A stretch of DNA of 63,944 bases, the filler included, from Reclinomonas americana ATCC 50394 (taxonomy: Eukaryota), in NCBI GenBank assembly GCA_048213135.1. It is 19 parts of 19 records of this genome, joined end to end, with 100 filler letters (N's around TTAATTAATTAA, not from the genome) between each part and the next. Parts side by side here need not be neighbours in the genome. Positions count along the whole stretch, not along the records: positions 9,852 to 15,810 come from AFZH01017900.1; positions 15,911 to 22,112 come from AFZH01017901.1; positions 22,213 to 23,424 come from AFZH01017902.1; 16 more parts are not named here. The stretch is one strand, 5' to 3'. The translations under genes and the position numbers were made by a program. Numbering within the stretch: the first letter of the stretch is position 1; the number at the start of each line of letters is the position of its first letter. Under the pieces are notes generated by a model. It made no database searches, was not told the origin of the DNA, and saw nothing but the letters and a program-made list of their open reading frames with translations. Below are positions 10,328 to 23,424 of the stretch, piece after piece.

Positions 10328-13061
10328 TCACTCAACGAGAAACACTTCGTAGTCTGCCACTTGGAAGTCCCGCGATCCCATCAGTGTCGTGTTGTCAAAT
10401 GCTCCACCATCGGTGCTCTGGTAATGGCCAGGGTTGCTGCAGCTGCCGCTGTTGGTGTTGCAGCTGTCAGACAAGAGAAGATCATTCCCACCAAAGTCTG
10501 ATCCAAGGTCAGAGCGGTGATAAACGGCATTCTGCTTGCTACCGTCCTTCAGTGCAAAGCACCGCGCACTTGCACCACTCCACGATGCCGAGAACAAGAA
10601 GGTGGTGCAGGATGGATCGGTGCCATAGCTGCCTCCCCCAGATTGCCACGAGACAGGCGTGTACCCGCCACTCACTCGACCCGTCGACGACTTGATTACA
10701 GTCAAAGTCGCTCTGTGCGCAGTCAAACACTCGTCAGAAACCGAGTATATCACTCTTGTCTCCTCTTCCCTCAATCACTCACCCACGATTGTCACATCGC
10801 TGATGGAACGTGGCTGCGGCAAACCCATCCCGACTGCCCTTGAACAGCAACGTCAGCTTGGACACACTCCCACCACCGCCTCGCGCCTGCTGCACCCACT
10901 GCAGCACCACTCGTCCATCCGCCGCACTCAGCAAATCGCTAGTGTCCACCTTTCTCTCTGCTCGCTCACGCTCCTCTCGTTCCCTGGCCTGCCTCTCCCG
11001 CTCCTCCTGCTCTCTGGCTTGTCTCTCACGCTCCTCCTGCTCTCTGGCCAGCCGCTCTCGTTCAGCTGCCTCTCGTTCCTGAATCGCTCGTTCACGCAGC
11101 TCCAGTGGCTCGAGACGTGAAAGCAGCTGCAGATGAAAGCAAGAGAGAGAATGAGGAGAAACGCACTCGAAGGGTCCACTTACATTCACACGACAGACCT
11201 GAGCAACACCTCTTTCCAGAGCTTCGCGTATGCGCTGCTCAGCGGCGAGTAGCTCACGAGCAGCTTGACTCTCAGTTTGCCTCGCTTGCTGCTCGGTAGC
11301 CAGTTGCTGCCGGCACTCGACAAGCATCCCCACACAATCGGCCAGCTGCTCACGAGCAGCCTGACTCTCAGCTTGTCTCGCTTGTTGCTCAGCAGCCAAT
11401 CGCTCGGTGCACAAGGCCACAATCTGCGACAGCTCTCGCACTCGGCCATGAAGCTGTGCACACGAACACAACCCACATTAGCTGCATGAATGACCAGCAG
11501 CAACCGCAGCCAACTCACCTCTCGCAGTGGTCGCTCCACTCGCAACACATCGCACAGTCGCTCGTGCTCCTCCCTCTCACCAACAATACCACGCCAGACA
11601 CATCCCAGTTCACCACCACGACACACTGTGTGCTGCAGTCGGCACTCCGTTTCTGCCACCACACAACGTCAGTGTCATGATCCACCTCTCTCTCTCTCTC
11701 CATCAAACACACTCACCAAGATGCCTCTGCATCTCCGCCAGCGCACACCGCTGCTGGCATCCACGCGGACACGCGCGCATGCACCCGCTCCAACTGTGCT
11801 CCACTATCTCACTCAGCGCCATCCTCGCTCCACAACCGAGTGAACACTCGCGCAAGCAACCACTCCACTCATGCTCCGCCGTGCGATCCAGTGTCATCTG
11901 CTGTCCACATCTCTCGCACGCATACGGGCACTGCGTGAGGCCATGTGTGCGGTAATAGTCGCCGACCGTCTGTTCTCATCCACAATGAGCGGAGAGGGAG
12001 AGAGAGGGAGAGAGAGGAAAAATGAGAAGAAAGACAAGAGACTGAGAATGAGAGGAAGCGAAGAGATCGAGAGAAGATACTAAGAATGAGAGGTAGAGCA
12101 AGAGAGTAGAGGGAAAGAGAACAACAGGGCGCAAAGAACATGAGAGAATGAAACTAAGAATGAGAGGGAGGGAGAGAAAGACACCACAAGGAGGGAGAGA
12201 AAGAGGGCATGAGAGAGAACAACAATACACACATACCATGGGTGCGTGGCACAGCGGGCATGCGATCTGCATTCTCCCACTCATTGTCAGCAAACAAAGG
12301 CAGCCATCATGTGTCAAAGAGCATCATCTTCCCTAACCTTCAAGTTGCCATAGATGACCACATTCCGTCGTTGAGCCTCCTTCAGTGTGGCCAGCGATGT
12401 GACTCCATCTCCACACAGATCCGATCCCGCTTCCGTCACATGCTCACTGCCGAGACACTCGTCACAATCAGTTGCATGACACGATAGACCCTGCCTCTCT
12501 CTCCCGCACACTCACCGACAGATGAAGTGCAGCTCGTGGGCACACAACACGAAATCCGGAGCACACAGATCCTGCAAACAAGGGAAGTCATGTCACAATA
12601 AGCAAGATGAAGCAGAGCGAAGGGTGGTGGCAGGTGCGACTCATGAACAAAGACTGCACTCTCTCTTCATTTGATGAGGATGTGCACACGAAACACTGCT
12701 GCAACGTGGCGAGAGTGTGCGCATGCTGCTCTCTCCCTTTCCCCTTTACTCTCCCTCTGTCTCTCTCCCATTCTTCACTCACCAAACACACTGGACACAC
12801 ATACTCGTCCGCCATTGCCCGTGATTCTTGCACGACATGCTCCATCCACAAACGCGGAGGCTCCTTCTTCTCCTCCTTCTCCACTTCTGATGGCCGACGA
12901 CGATGCACAGCGCGCACCACACAGAACTCATATTGTTCCTCGCCAGAGAGTCGCATCACTTGCTGCTCGAGAACAATCTGACTGTCTCCATCTGTGAGAG
13001 GAGGAGGAAGAGGAACAGAGGCTGAGCCACTGCCTTCTCCGCCGCCGTCTTTGAATCCCAT
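10328..13061 (-). CDS. RING-like + TRAF-type zinc fingers + coiled coil + TLDc domain protein, copy A (complete)
   Basis: Spliced: YVCPVCLDLC..CAHELHFICR..IACPLCH..CPYACERC..H..CSLGC..H..CPRGC..MQRHLETEC..CRGGELGCVWRG..HERLC. Then an E/R/Q-rich coiled coil, then TLDc LLFKGSRDGFAAATFHQRCDNRGATLTVIKSSTGRVSGGYTPVSW..FLFS..FQVADYEVF. Confidence 0.88.
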
Positions 13062-13314
13062 TCTCAGTGATGTGAGACGAGAGATGAGAGAGGACACGGG
13101 ATGCAGGACTTCTATTCGTTTCTCCGTCGTGAAGTCGCAGCGAAGCAGGAACAACAGACTGCATTGGAGGTGATGGGGTCTGTGCGGCTGCTCGGTGGCC
13201 ATTCCTGCTCTTGATAGCGAGATGCACAACGAGCGACAAAACACACTTGCATCTTTTCGCCAGTTTGGTGCTTGATGACACCTGAGAGACCAAGAAGTAC
13301 TGTGTTCTTGTTAT

Positions 13315-15602
13315 TCACTCAACGAGGAACACTTCGTAGTCGGCCACTAGGAATTTGTACGATCCCATCAACGTCGTGTTGTCATATGCTCCACCATCAG
13401 TGCTCTCGTAATTGCCAGGGTTGCTGAAGTTGCTGCTGTCGCTGTTGCAGTTGTCAGCCACGAGGAGGTCGTGGCCACCTGCGAAGATTGGTCCATAGTC
13501 GACGCGGTGATACACGGCATTATCTCTCCTGTTGGCCTTCAGTGCAAAGCGTCGCACACTTGCACCACTCCACGATGCCGAAAACAAGAAGCTGGTGCCT
13601 GACGGGTCGGCGCCTGACTTGGACTGCCACGATACAGGCGTGTACCCGCCACACACTCGCCCCGTCGACGACTTGACCACAGTCAGCGTCGCTCTGCGCA
13701 CAGTCACCCATCCATCAGCCACCGAGCAATATGAGCTGACTCTCCTATCTCAATCACTTACCCTCGATTATCACATCGCTGATGGAATGTGGCCGCTGCG
13801 AACCCATCTCGACTGCCCTTGAACAGCAACGTCAACTTGGTCACACTACCACCACCGCCTCGTGCTTGCTGCACCCACTGCAACACCACTCGTCCATCCG
13901 CCACACTCAGCAAATCGCTGTCGACCTTCCTCTCCGCTCGCTCACGCTCATCTCGTTCCCTGGCCTCGCGCTCTCGTTCCTCTTGCTCCCTGGCTTGCCG
14001 CTCCCGTTCTTCCAGCTCTCTGGCCAGCCGCTCCCGCTCAGCCACCTCTCGCTCCTGAATCGCACGCTCACGCATCTCCAGTGGTTCGAGACGAGCAAGC
14101 AGCTGCAAAACATGCAGCGTGAGCGGAATAACTGAGCACTCGAAATCCACCGACATTCATACAACAGACCGCAGCAACACCTCTTTCGAGAGTTTCGCGC
14201 ATGCGCTGCTCCGCGGCGAGTTGCTCACGAGCAGTCTGGATTTCAGCCTGTCGCGTCTGTCGCTCATCAGCCAGTTGCTGGCTGCATTGAACAAGCCGCT
14301 CATCCGTCGACTGCAGTCGCTCCTCAACAACTTGTCTTGCTTCTCTCTCCTGGGCCACCATCTGCGACAGCTCTCGCACCCGAACATGCAGCTGTGCTCA
14401 CAAACACAACCCACATTAGCTGCATGAATGACCAGCAGCATCCGCAGCCAACTCACCTCTCGCAGCGGTCGCTCCACTCGCAGCACATCGCACACTCGCT
14501 CATGTTCCTCCCTCTCACCAATAATACCACGCCATCCACACCCTAGTTTGTCACCACGACACACTGTGCGCTGCAGTCGGCACTCCGTTTCTGCCGCAAG
14601 AGAACAATGAGACACCACGTCAGTGTCATGATATCCAACTCTCTCCTTCAAGTACACTCACCAAGATGCCTCTGCATGTCCGCCAGTGAGCACAGCTGCT
14701 GGCATCCGCGAGGACACGCGCGCATGCACCCACTCCAGCTGTGCTCCACCATTTCACTCAGTGCGATCTTCGCTCCACATGCCAGTGGACACTCGCGCAA
14801 GCATCCACTCCACGCATGCTCCGCCGTGCGATCCAGTGTCATCTGCTGTCCACATCTCTCGCACGCATACGGGCACTGCAACGGGCCATGTGTGCGGTAA
14901 TAGTCGCCCACCGTCTGTTCATCCACAATGAGCGGAGAGGGAGAGAGAGGGAGGACGATGAGATGGAAGATTAGAGAATGAGAATGAGAGGGGGTGAACG
15001 GAACGAGAGAAAGACACCAAGAATGAGAGGGAGGGCAAGAGAGGTAGAGAAAATGACAGGGTGCAAAGAATATGAGATAATGACACTGAAAATGAGAGGG
15101 AGCAAAGAGAACGAGAGAAAGACACCAAGAATGAGAGGGTGGGCAAGAGAAACAGAGAGAGAGAGAGAGTGAAATGGAGCAAAGAAAATGAGATAATGAC
15201 ACTGAGAATGAGAGGGAGCGAGAAATACACCACAACAAGAGAAGAAAGAGCACAGCAAACACACAAACCATGGGTGCGTGACAAAGCGGGCATGAGATCT
15301 GCATTCTCACATTGTCAGCAAAACAAGGCAGGCAGCATGCACAACGAGCATCATCTCCCCAACCTTCAAGTTGCCATAGATGACCACATTCCGTCGCTGA
15401 GCCTCCTTCAGTGTGGCCAGCGATGTGACTCCATCGCCACACAAATCTGACCCGGCCCCCGTCACGTGCTCACTGCCACGCCACTCGTCACAACAGTTGT
15501 GCATGACATGGAAGATCTTGTCTCTCTCCCTCTCCCGCACACTCACCGACAGATGAAGTGCAGCTCGTGGGCACACAACACGAAATCCGGAGCACACAGA
15601 TC
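13315..15602 (-). CDS. RING-like/TRAF-ZnF/coiled-coil/TLDc protein, copy B (exon 1 in gap)
   Basis: Same exon structure as copy A. TLDc ends ..HRVDYGPIFAGGHDLLVAD..FLVADYEVFLVE, stop at 13315. Confidence 0.88.
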
Positions 15603-15764
15603 CTGTTGCACAAAAGTCATGTCACAACAAGCACGATGAAGCAGGGCGAAGGGTGGTGGCAGGGCGACTCATGAACGAAGACTGTACTTTCTCTCTCTTC
15701 ATGTGATGAGGATGTACACATGAAACACTGTTGCAACGCGGCAAGAGTGCATCCTTCTCTCTCC

Positions 15765-15810
<46 letters not shown>

Positions 15811-16048
15811 NNNNNNNNNNNNNNNNNNNNNNNNNNNNNNNNNNNNNNNNNNNNTTAATTAATTAANNNNNNNNNNNNNNNNNNNNNNNNNNNNNNNNNN
15901 NNNNNNNNNNTTTTCTTTCTTCTCTCTCTCTCCTCCTCTCTCTCTCTCTCTCCTCTCTCTCTCTCCCTCTTCTCTCTCTGTTCTCTCTGTGCATGCCATC
16001 GTTTTTCCTTCTCACTTGCTTTTTCTCATCTCTTCTCTCTCTCTCTAG

Positions 16049-18816
16049 GTGCTTGAGGACTGGTCATGCGTGCAACAACGCTTGCATCGACTGGTGGAGC
16101 ATGTGCGACGCATTGTGGATGATCCGCAGTGGCCAGTGTCGGAGGCGCGTGTGCAGGTGATTGACTGGAGGGAGAGAAGAGGGAGGGAAAGGGAGGGAGG
16201 GAGGGAGAGAGAGAAGGGAGAAGGGAGAGAAGGAGAAGGAGGGGAGAGAGTGAGAGAGAGAGAGAGAGAGAGCGAGAAAGAAAGAGACAGCTCTGTTGCA
16301 GTGTTCCTCTCTCTCCTCTCTCGTTGTTGCTTCATGCAGAGAGAGAGAGAGAGGGTGAGAGAGAGAGAAAGAGAGAAAGAGGCAGCTCTGTTGCAGTGTT
16401 CCTCTCTCTCCTCTCTCGTTGATGCTTCATGCAGTCTCTCGTCCGTGAACCAAGTGTCTCTGCATGGTCATCTCCCCTGTTGCTATGTTCTTACCAGTCT
16501 CTTGCCTTCTTCTGTATACTTGTCTGTCTTCATGAATACCGTGGCTTCTTGCAGTCTTGCTTCTTCATTCTCTCAGTTTCTGGCGCTGCTTGTTTCCTTG
16601 CCCTTGTCTCCATTCCTTCGTCCTTTCTTCCGGCATGCAGAAAGAGAATGTCAAACAACAGAGTTTGATCTCTCTATCCACCGCTTCATTCTCGTGTCTT
16701 GTCTCCGTCACCATTATAATCCTTGCCTTTCTCGATTTCCCTTTGTTGTTCTCTCTCTCTTTCTCTCTCTCTCTCTCGCCACAGGACCCCTTGTCACTGC
16801 CTGTCTCTTTGCTGCTCTCACTTCCCTCGTCCTCTTTCCCTATCTCCCTCTCCCTCCCTCCCTCTCCCTCTCCCTCACCCTCCCTCTCCTCAGCTCGACT
16901 CCCTCCACCGCCAGCTCCTCAGCAACCCCGGTGCCAACGCCACCGCATGGCGCCAACTCCTTGACAACGCCCTCTCCACAGACACCGGCCTAGCGAGTCG
17001 CTTGCTTCAGACCGCCGCCCTCGACGACCCCACCGATGCCGTGTTGGATACATGCATCGACGCTCTCCGACCGCACTCAGTGTTGCAGCAGGCGGAGCGC
17101 GCGTTGTGTGCCGAGATCGGTCGTGTGCTGGCACCCGCAGTGGAGGCGCCTGACTATTCCGCGTCGTGGTCGCACGCTATGCATCGGCAGCCCATTCCTA
17201 CGGACTCAAAAGCGCCTCCATCACCGCCACCACCACCACCAGCGACATTTGCGTGCTTGTCCGGCGGTCCGTTTGCGCGGCGGCCGCCCCGTGTGGCGCG
17301 CACCGCCGACGACATTGTGCCGCTGTTGCGACAGTATGCAACGACAATTGCGACGGCAGTGGAGGCATCGCCAACGCGTGAACCCGTGCTGCCACTGGTG
17401 CGCTTGCATGTCGGTACTGCGGCGACGCACGAGACTGCCGTGGTGGAGAGGGAAGCGGTGCTGCGTGGCCCCAGGTGAGTTGGGGAGGGGGTAGGGGAGG
17501 GAGAGAGAGGGAGAGAGAGTGAGGGCACGCGAACAAATTCCTGCTGGGGTGCTCTTCTCACTTGAGCCACAATCCTTGCATGCACTTGGAAAGGAGGGTT
17601 TTGTATGCCACACAAATCCTCTTTTTTTCGCCATTCTACTCCTTTTATTTCTCTCCTTGCGGGACTGAGATAGAAAGCTCTTCTTCCGTCATGGGCAAGA
17701 TCTTTGATTCGTCGTTCTGGTCACTTGAGCCTCTCCTCGCACGCGTCTGTCGCACTCATTGTCTTCTTCATTTGTTGTCTTGCTCCCTCTCCCCCTTTTG
17801 TGACGTGAAGCTATTTGTCAGTCACACTCAACAGCTTCTGTTTTCATTCTTCTTTTCACTCTCTCTCCTCTCCAGTCTGCTCTCTCCCGAGTCGCTCGAC
17901 GTTGCGTGTGCTGTGTCGCCGGATTCGCGACAGAGAGACGTCGTACCTTCTGCACGGGCGAGCAAGCTCGTCGCCGCTGTCGGTGTGGTTGCCTGCGGGA
18001 GGTGAGGCAGAGTTCAACTTCTGGTAGTTCTTTCTCTCTCGATTCACTCCGTGTTCTGTGCGCAGTGCAAGTGCTCCGCCGCCAGGAATGTCGTGGCCGA
18101 CCAGTGAGGTGCGTTTGCTTGCAGTTGCTTGGAGCAAGACCCTCCGTCTTAGTCTCCGCGTGGTATTTGCAGTTGGCCGCCACAACAGCGAATCATATGG
18201 CTGCTGCGCTTGGCGGGGTGGCGGAAGGCAATCTCGTGCGCGTGCCACTCGATCTTCTGAGTGAGCACGCGTCGCTGGAGGAGGGACGTCCTTTAATTGC
18301 TGATGCGGCAGGTGTGTAATGGATGGAGACAGCCCTTGATCCCTCCCTTCCCTCCCTTCCCTCCCTTCTCCCTTCCCCTCACATCTCCTTTCCCTCTCTT
18401 CTCTTTCCCCTTATTCCTCCTACCTTTTTTTCTCCCTTCCCTTTTTCTCCCTTCTCCCTTCCCCTCCCTTTCGGTCTCTTTGCGCTGACACTTTTCCCGT
18501 CACCAGTGGACGCCGCCGCCTCCGCCATCACCTCGCACATCAGTGGCGAGCTGCAAAACGACTTTGCCCATCAGCTGGTCAACGCAAGAGACCAAGTCTC
18601 CCGAATGGAGTCCACCGCCCGTGAACCAGTAACCGAAGCGGAGCTGCAGACTGCGCGAGCAGCTTGTGCACAGGCCGACGACGAAGACCGCGCCATTGTG
18701 CAGCAGGTGCTTCACGCATGTCCTCCTTTTGCTGCACACAGCCACTCACTCGTCGCTCGCAGGAGACCGCGGCATTTGTGCAATGGTTGAGACAAGAGCA
18801 GCACCTTATTCCATGA
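16049..18816 (+). CDS. Hypothetical multi-exon protein (helical, 5' end in gap)
   Basis: Phase-consistent GT-AG exons VLEDWSCVQQRLHRL.., LDSLHRQLLSNPG..LRGP, SLLSPESLD.., SASAPPPGMSWPTSE, LAATTANHM.., VDAAASAITSH.., ETAAFVQWLRQEQHLIP*. No family recognised. Confidence 0.6.
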
Positions 18817-18974
18817 ATCCGTCGACCGAATCATGACAACTGGGCTGGCCTGCGAGGAGCAAGGGAGACGGATGGATCCACCAAACATGTTTCAATGTGA
18901 CGCTCCCAGTGTGCTAGAAAGAAAGATACAGCAAAGCTGCAAGGAAAGAAAGTGAAAGTCTCCCTCAGCCCCCA

Positions 18975-20365
18975 TCACCGGAAACGCAGTCGTCGGTGTG
19001 CCTCGTCGTCATCGTCGCCGTTCCACTCCACGCCACCATCGTCGTCGTCACTGGCGGTGCGAGGTGGGGCGCGCGCTGCGCTCGACGGTGTCTTGTTGAG
19101 GATGCGGTGCAGCTGCAGCTCCCGTCGCTCTCGCTCCAAATCGTTGCGCATGCGGGCGACCTCGTTGCGCTGCAAGTCCAACTGACGTGCCTCGGCCAGC
19201 AGGCGCTCGCGCTCATCGTGCAGGTGCGCCTCGCGGTCAGTCAACAGCTTCTCGCGCGCCAGGTCGAATGGCCTTTGGATATCAAGTGAGACTCTTTGCT
19301 TGCATGCAATGAGTGAGAAAGACAACGCAACGAAGAAGGCCCTCCACGATTGGCGGTACCCAGACCGCCGCCCGGTGTGCTCAAGATCTTGGCCACATCG
19401 TACGGGTCGGTGATGCCGTCGGCAGAGGACAGCATCAGCTGCAGCAGGCGCTCCTGCTCGCGGATAATAGTGACATAGTCGCCTGTTGCACAACACCTCT
19501 GTCAGTCGATTGCTAGCACTTTTCCTTCCCCCCACATGCCACGCAACGAAGTTTGCTCTGCACGGCGGGGTCGGTGACAGACGGGGAGCCGACGCCGCGC
19601 GACGCTGACATCGTGAGCACCGCCGTCAGCAGCGGATCCGAGTCGGAGCCGGAGGAACGAATGTCGCGTGCGGGTGTCACCGGCGTGGACGGCGAGGCGA
19701 GCGACGAGGAGGCGGCGGCACTTGCTCTGCTACCCTCCAGTTCTCGCACGCGGACGCGCAGCTTCTCCAGCTGCTCGTGCATGGATGATTCGCGGCTGGC
19801 CATCAGTTCGTAGGGGAGGGTGAAGACGCCGGAGGGGGTGGCCGAGCGGAGGCGTCTCGGGAGCTGCAAGGAGGGGAAGGGGAAGGGTGGGTAAAGGGAA
19901 AGGGGGAGAAGGGAAAGGGTGGGAAAGGGAAAGGGGGAGAAGGGGGAGAAGGGAAAGGGGAGGGGGAATGGAAGGTGGGGAAAAGGTGAAGCAAAAGGAG
20001 AGAAGGGAAAGAAGGAAGGGAAAGGGAGAAAGGAAAGCAGGAAGCGAAAGGGAAAGGGGGGAGACAGAAGGCAAGCAGATCGGTAGGCATACGAGCTGTC
20101 AGCTAAAGAACAACACAATCAGGTGCACAGACAGACTGACAGACATTTTGAGTTATTCAGCGAGAAAGGAAGTACAGAGAAAGGGAGGGAGAGAGAGAGA
20201 CAGAGAAGGGCGTATTTTGAAGGGAAGTCAGAAAAAAGGGACGGGGAAAGGGGGATGCGGGTGAGAAGAGGGAAGGGAGGAGTAGGGGGGAAGAAGGCAC
20301 GCAGATGTAGAAAGCACACGACTACAATAATATCAGGCGCGCAAACAGACTGATTGTCTGAGACA

Positions 20366-20398
<33 letters not shown>

Positions 20399-22041
20399 TG
20401 AGAGAAAGTAAGAAGAGAGAAAGCGAGAGAGAGAGAGAGGGTAGAAAGTCGGAGAGGGTGGAAGTGAGATTGAGCAATATGAGAGAGACGGGGAGTGGAT
20501 GAGAAGAGCTACAGACAGAAAGAGAGAAAGAGAAACAGCGACTGTCAGAGAGAGTGCAAGAGGGAATGCCTTTCGCAAGTTCCTTTTGTCTGCGCATGTC
20601 TTCTTGCCTACTTGAATACTTCCCATCTTTACAAGGAAGTGAAAATGGAGAGAGAAAGAGAAAGAGCGACAACCGGAGAGAGTGCAAGAGGCAACGTCAT
20701 TCGCAGGTTCCTTTTGTCTGTGCATGTCTTCTTGCTCACTTGAATGCTTCCCATCTTAACAAGCAAGAGAAATGGAGAGAGAAAGAGAAAGAGCGACAGC
20801 CAGAGACAGCAAAAGAGGGAATGCTTTCGCAGGCTCTTTATGTCTGTTTCGTGTCTTATTGCCTTCTTGAATGCTTCACCTCATAGCAAGCAAGTGCGAC
20901 GGACAGCGACACACAAAAGAGAGTGAGTGAAAGAGGGAATGCCTTTCGCAGGCTCTTTCTGTCTGATTTCGCATTTTTGCCTGCTGGAATATTTCCCCTC
21001 GTAGCAGAGGGAGAGAGAGTGAGGGACACAGCCAGAGAGACTGAAAGAGAGAACGGCATTCGCGGGCTCTTTCTGTCCGTATTCGAATCTTCTTGCCTAC
21101 TTGAATACTTCCCCTCTTAGCAAGCAAGTGCGATGGAGAGAGACAGACAGACAGAGAGAGATGGAGAGAGGTGGAGAAAGTCGGAGCGACAGCCGGAGAG
21201 ATTCGTCACTCGCAGCTCTTTCTTCTTCTTACTTGAATACTTCCCTTCTTAGCAAGCAAGTAAGATGATGCTGTGTATCCCTTAGTGTCGTGTCAGACTC
21301 TTTGCCTGCGTGCTATTCACCCAGCTGCTTGCGGTGTGCGTCTCTCTCTCTCCCCCCCCTCTCCCTCCCTCCATACGCAACATTGCGCACGGCCGACTTG
21401 GGCTCCAACCGCATCACCTCCTCCACCAGCAAGTCAATGTGCTCCTGCAGTTGCTGCACATCGGCCCGCAGGCTCTTGTTCTCATCAATCAGCTCGTTCT
21501 GCCGATCCTCGTAGGTGCGGACAATGTGCGTGAACATGTCGTGCTGCACGAACACACACCTCAGTCAAACATTTCAACACAAGAGGAGAGGTCATCAGAA
21601 TCACCTGCTGCGACTCAGCGCTGACCGGAATCGCCGTACCACCCAGCGATGCTCGCGGGCCGGCTGACGGCGCGCCGGAGGGCGACAGTGGCTTCGGGTT
21701 AATGACGATTTCGGAGCCGAGGTTGGCGACGACGCCGGCGGAGCCCGGGCGCATGGAGCTGCGCAGGGTGGTGGAGGAGGATGAGGTGGATTGAGAGGTG
21801 GTGCCGCTGGCGCCACGCAGGGCCGAGTTGAGGCGGTCGCGGAGGCGAGTGTATTCTTGTTCTTGCTTGCGGGCGTTGACCTTGCAGAGGGGGGAAGGGT
21901 GGGTGAGGGGGAAGGAGAGGAGAGGGGGGACGGAAGGGAAAGGGGAAGAGAGAGGAGGGAGAAAGGAGAGGGGGGAGGAGAAGGGAGAGAGAGAAATGGG
22001 GGAAAAGGGAGATGGGTGAGGGAATGAAGTACAAGGGAATG

Positions 22042-22095
<54 letters not shown>

Positions 22096-22212
22096 CGAAC
22101 GAAGAGAGAGAANNNNNNNNNNNNNNNNNNNNNNNNNNNNNNNNNNNNNNNNNNNNTTAATTAATTAANNNNNNNNNNNNNNNNNNNNNNNNNNNNNNNN
22201 NNNNNNNNNNNN

Positions 22213-22243
<31 letters not shown>

Positions 22244-23211
22244 TAACCGAAAGAGGAGAGCGAAAAGAAAGACACACAAGGAATGAAGATGCGAGTGGCA
22301 GCAAACAGCAGCGGAGACAAACAAGGATGCCAACACACAGTGGGCGACAGTGAGCACGCTTTAGAAACAGGGCAGTAAGCCTCTGGCAAACAGAACGCCA
22401 CACAGTAATGGTGGCAACGCAAACAACGCCAACAGACGGCACATCCCCCCTTTTCCTATTCGCGCACCATCGCCGTCTTATTCTTCTGCGACAAGTCATT
22501 GTTGGCAGCCACCACTCGATCAAACTTCTCCTGTGCGTCCCTGCGCTCCCGTGCGCTATCGCGCCGCAGTTCACTGCGCCCCCCGGCAATCAATGGTCAC
22601 CATCACGATCACAAGCAAACGCACACGCCACCCCCGCACGCAACTCCAACTGCGCCTTTTGCTTCTCCACCTCCCGCATCGTCAGCTCCAGCTGCTCCGA
22701 CTTGCGTTTCTGCGTGCCACAACATCATCAATCTCGCTCCCCCTCCGCACCACCCTTCGCCCTCCCAGGCCACTCACCAAGTTCCCCGACAGAGTCTCAT
22801 AGTCGCACTCGAGCTTGCGGATCTTCTCCGCCGACTGCTCGCGATACCCGAGATCCACCTGCCGCTGCTGCAATAGTGCCGCCACGCAGTCGAGCACCTG
22901 ACGCGCCTCGTAGTCCTCGAGCGGCTGTCGTGACGACGAGGAGGCCAGCACCGACGGCAGGGTGGGGAAGTTGTGCTCGCGCAGGGAGCGGTTGACGTAG
23001 GCCAGCCGCTCTTCCACCGAGTCGACGGCCAGGCGGTCGCCGCCGCCGCCGCCGCCCGTCAGTTCGGAGCGAGGGAAGACGAGGGCGGAGGAGCGGGCGC
23101 TGCGTGAGTGGGTGTGAGGAGAGAGAGGAGGAGGAGGAAAAGGAGGATGGGAGAAATGCACCTGCGAAAGGGACTGTCCTCGGGTTCGTCGTCGTAGGGA
23201 CTGCCGTCGAC
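18975..23211 (-). CDS. SSX2IP: Afadin/alpha-actinin-binding (ADIP/SSX2IP/Msd1) family coiled-coil protein, 5' end in gap
   Basis: LAYVNRSLREHNFP..VLDCVAALLQQRQVDLGYRE; DMFTHIVRTYEDRQNELIDENKSLR; GVFTLPYELM..MHEQLEKLRVR; IIREQERLLQ. These blocks appear in the order recalled for plant/animal ADIP-family proteins. Confidence 0.8.
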
Positions 23212-23385
23212 CTGAGGGAGGAGGAGGAGAGCAGTGTGAGAAGCAAGGAGAGAATGATACAGCGAGTCGTTTCGGTAACGGGCCACAGAGGACAAGAACA
23301 GAGAGAGAGAGAGAGAGAGAAGGAAAGAAGATAGAAAACGAGAGAGAGAGGAGAGAGAGGAGGGGAGGGGAGAGAGAGAGAGGAG

Positions 23386-23424
<39 letters not shown>

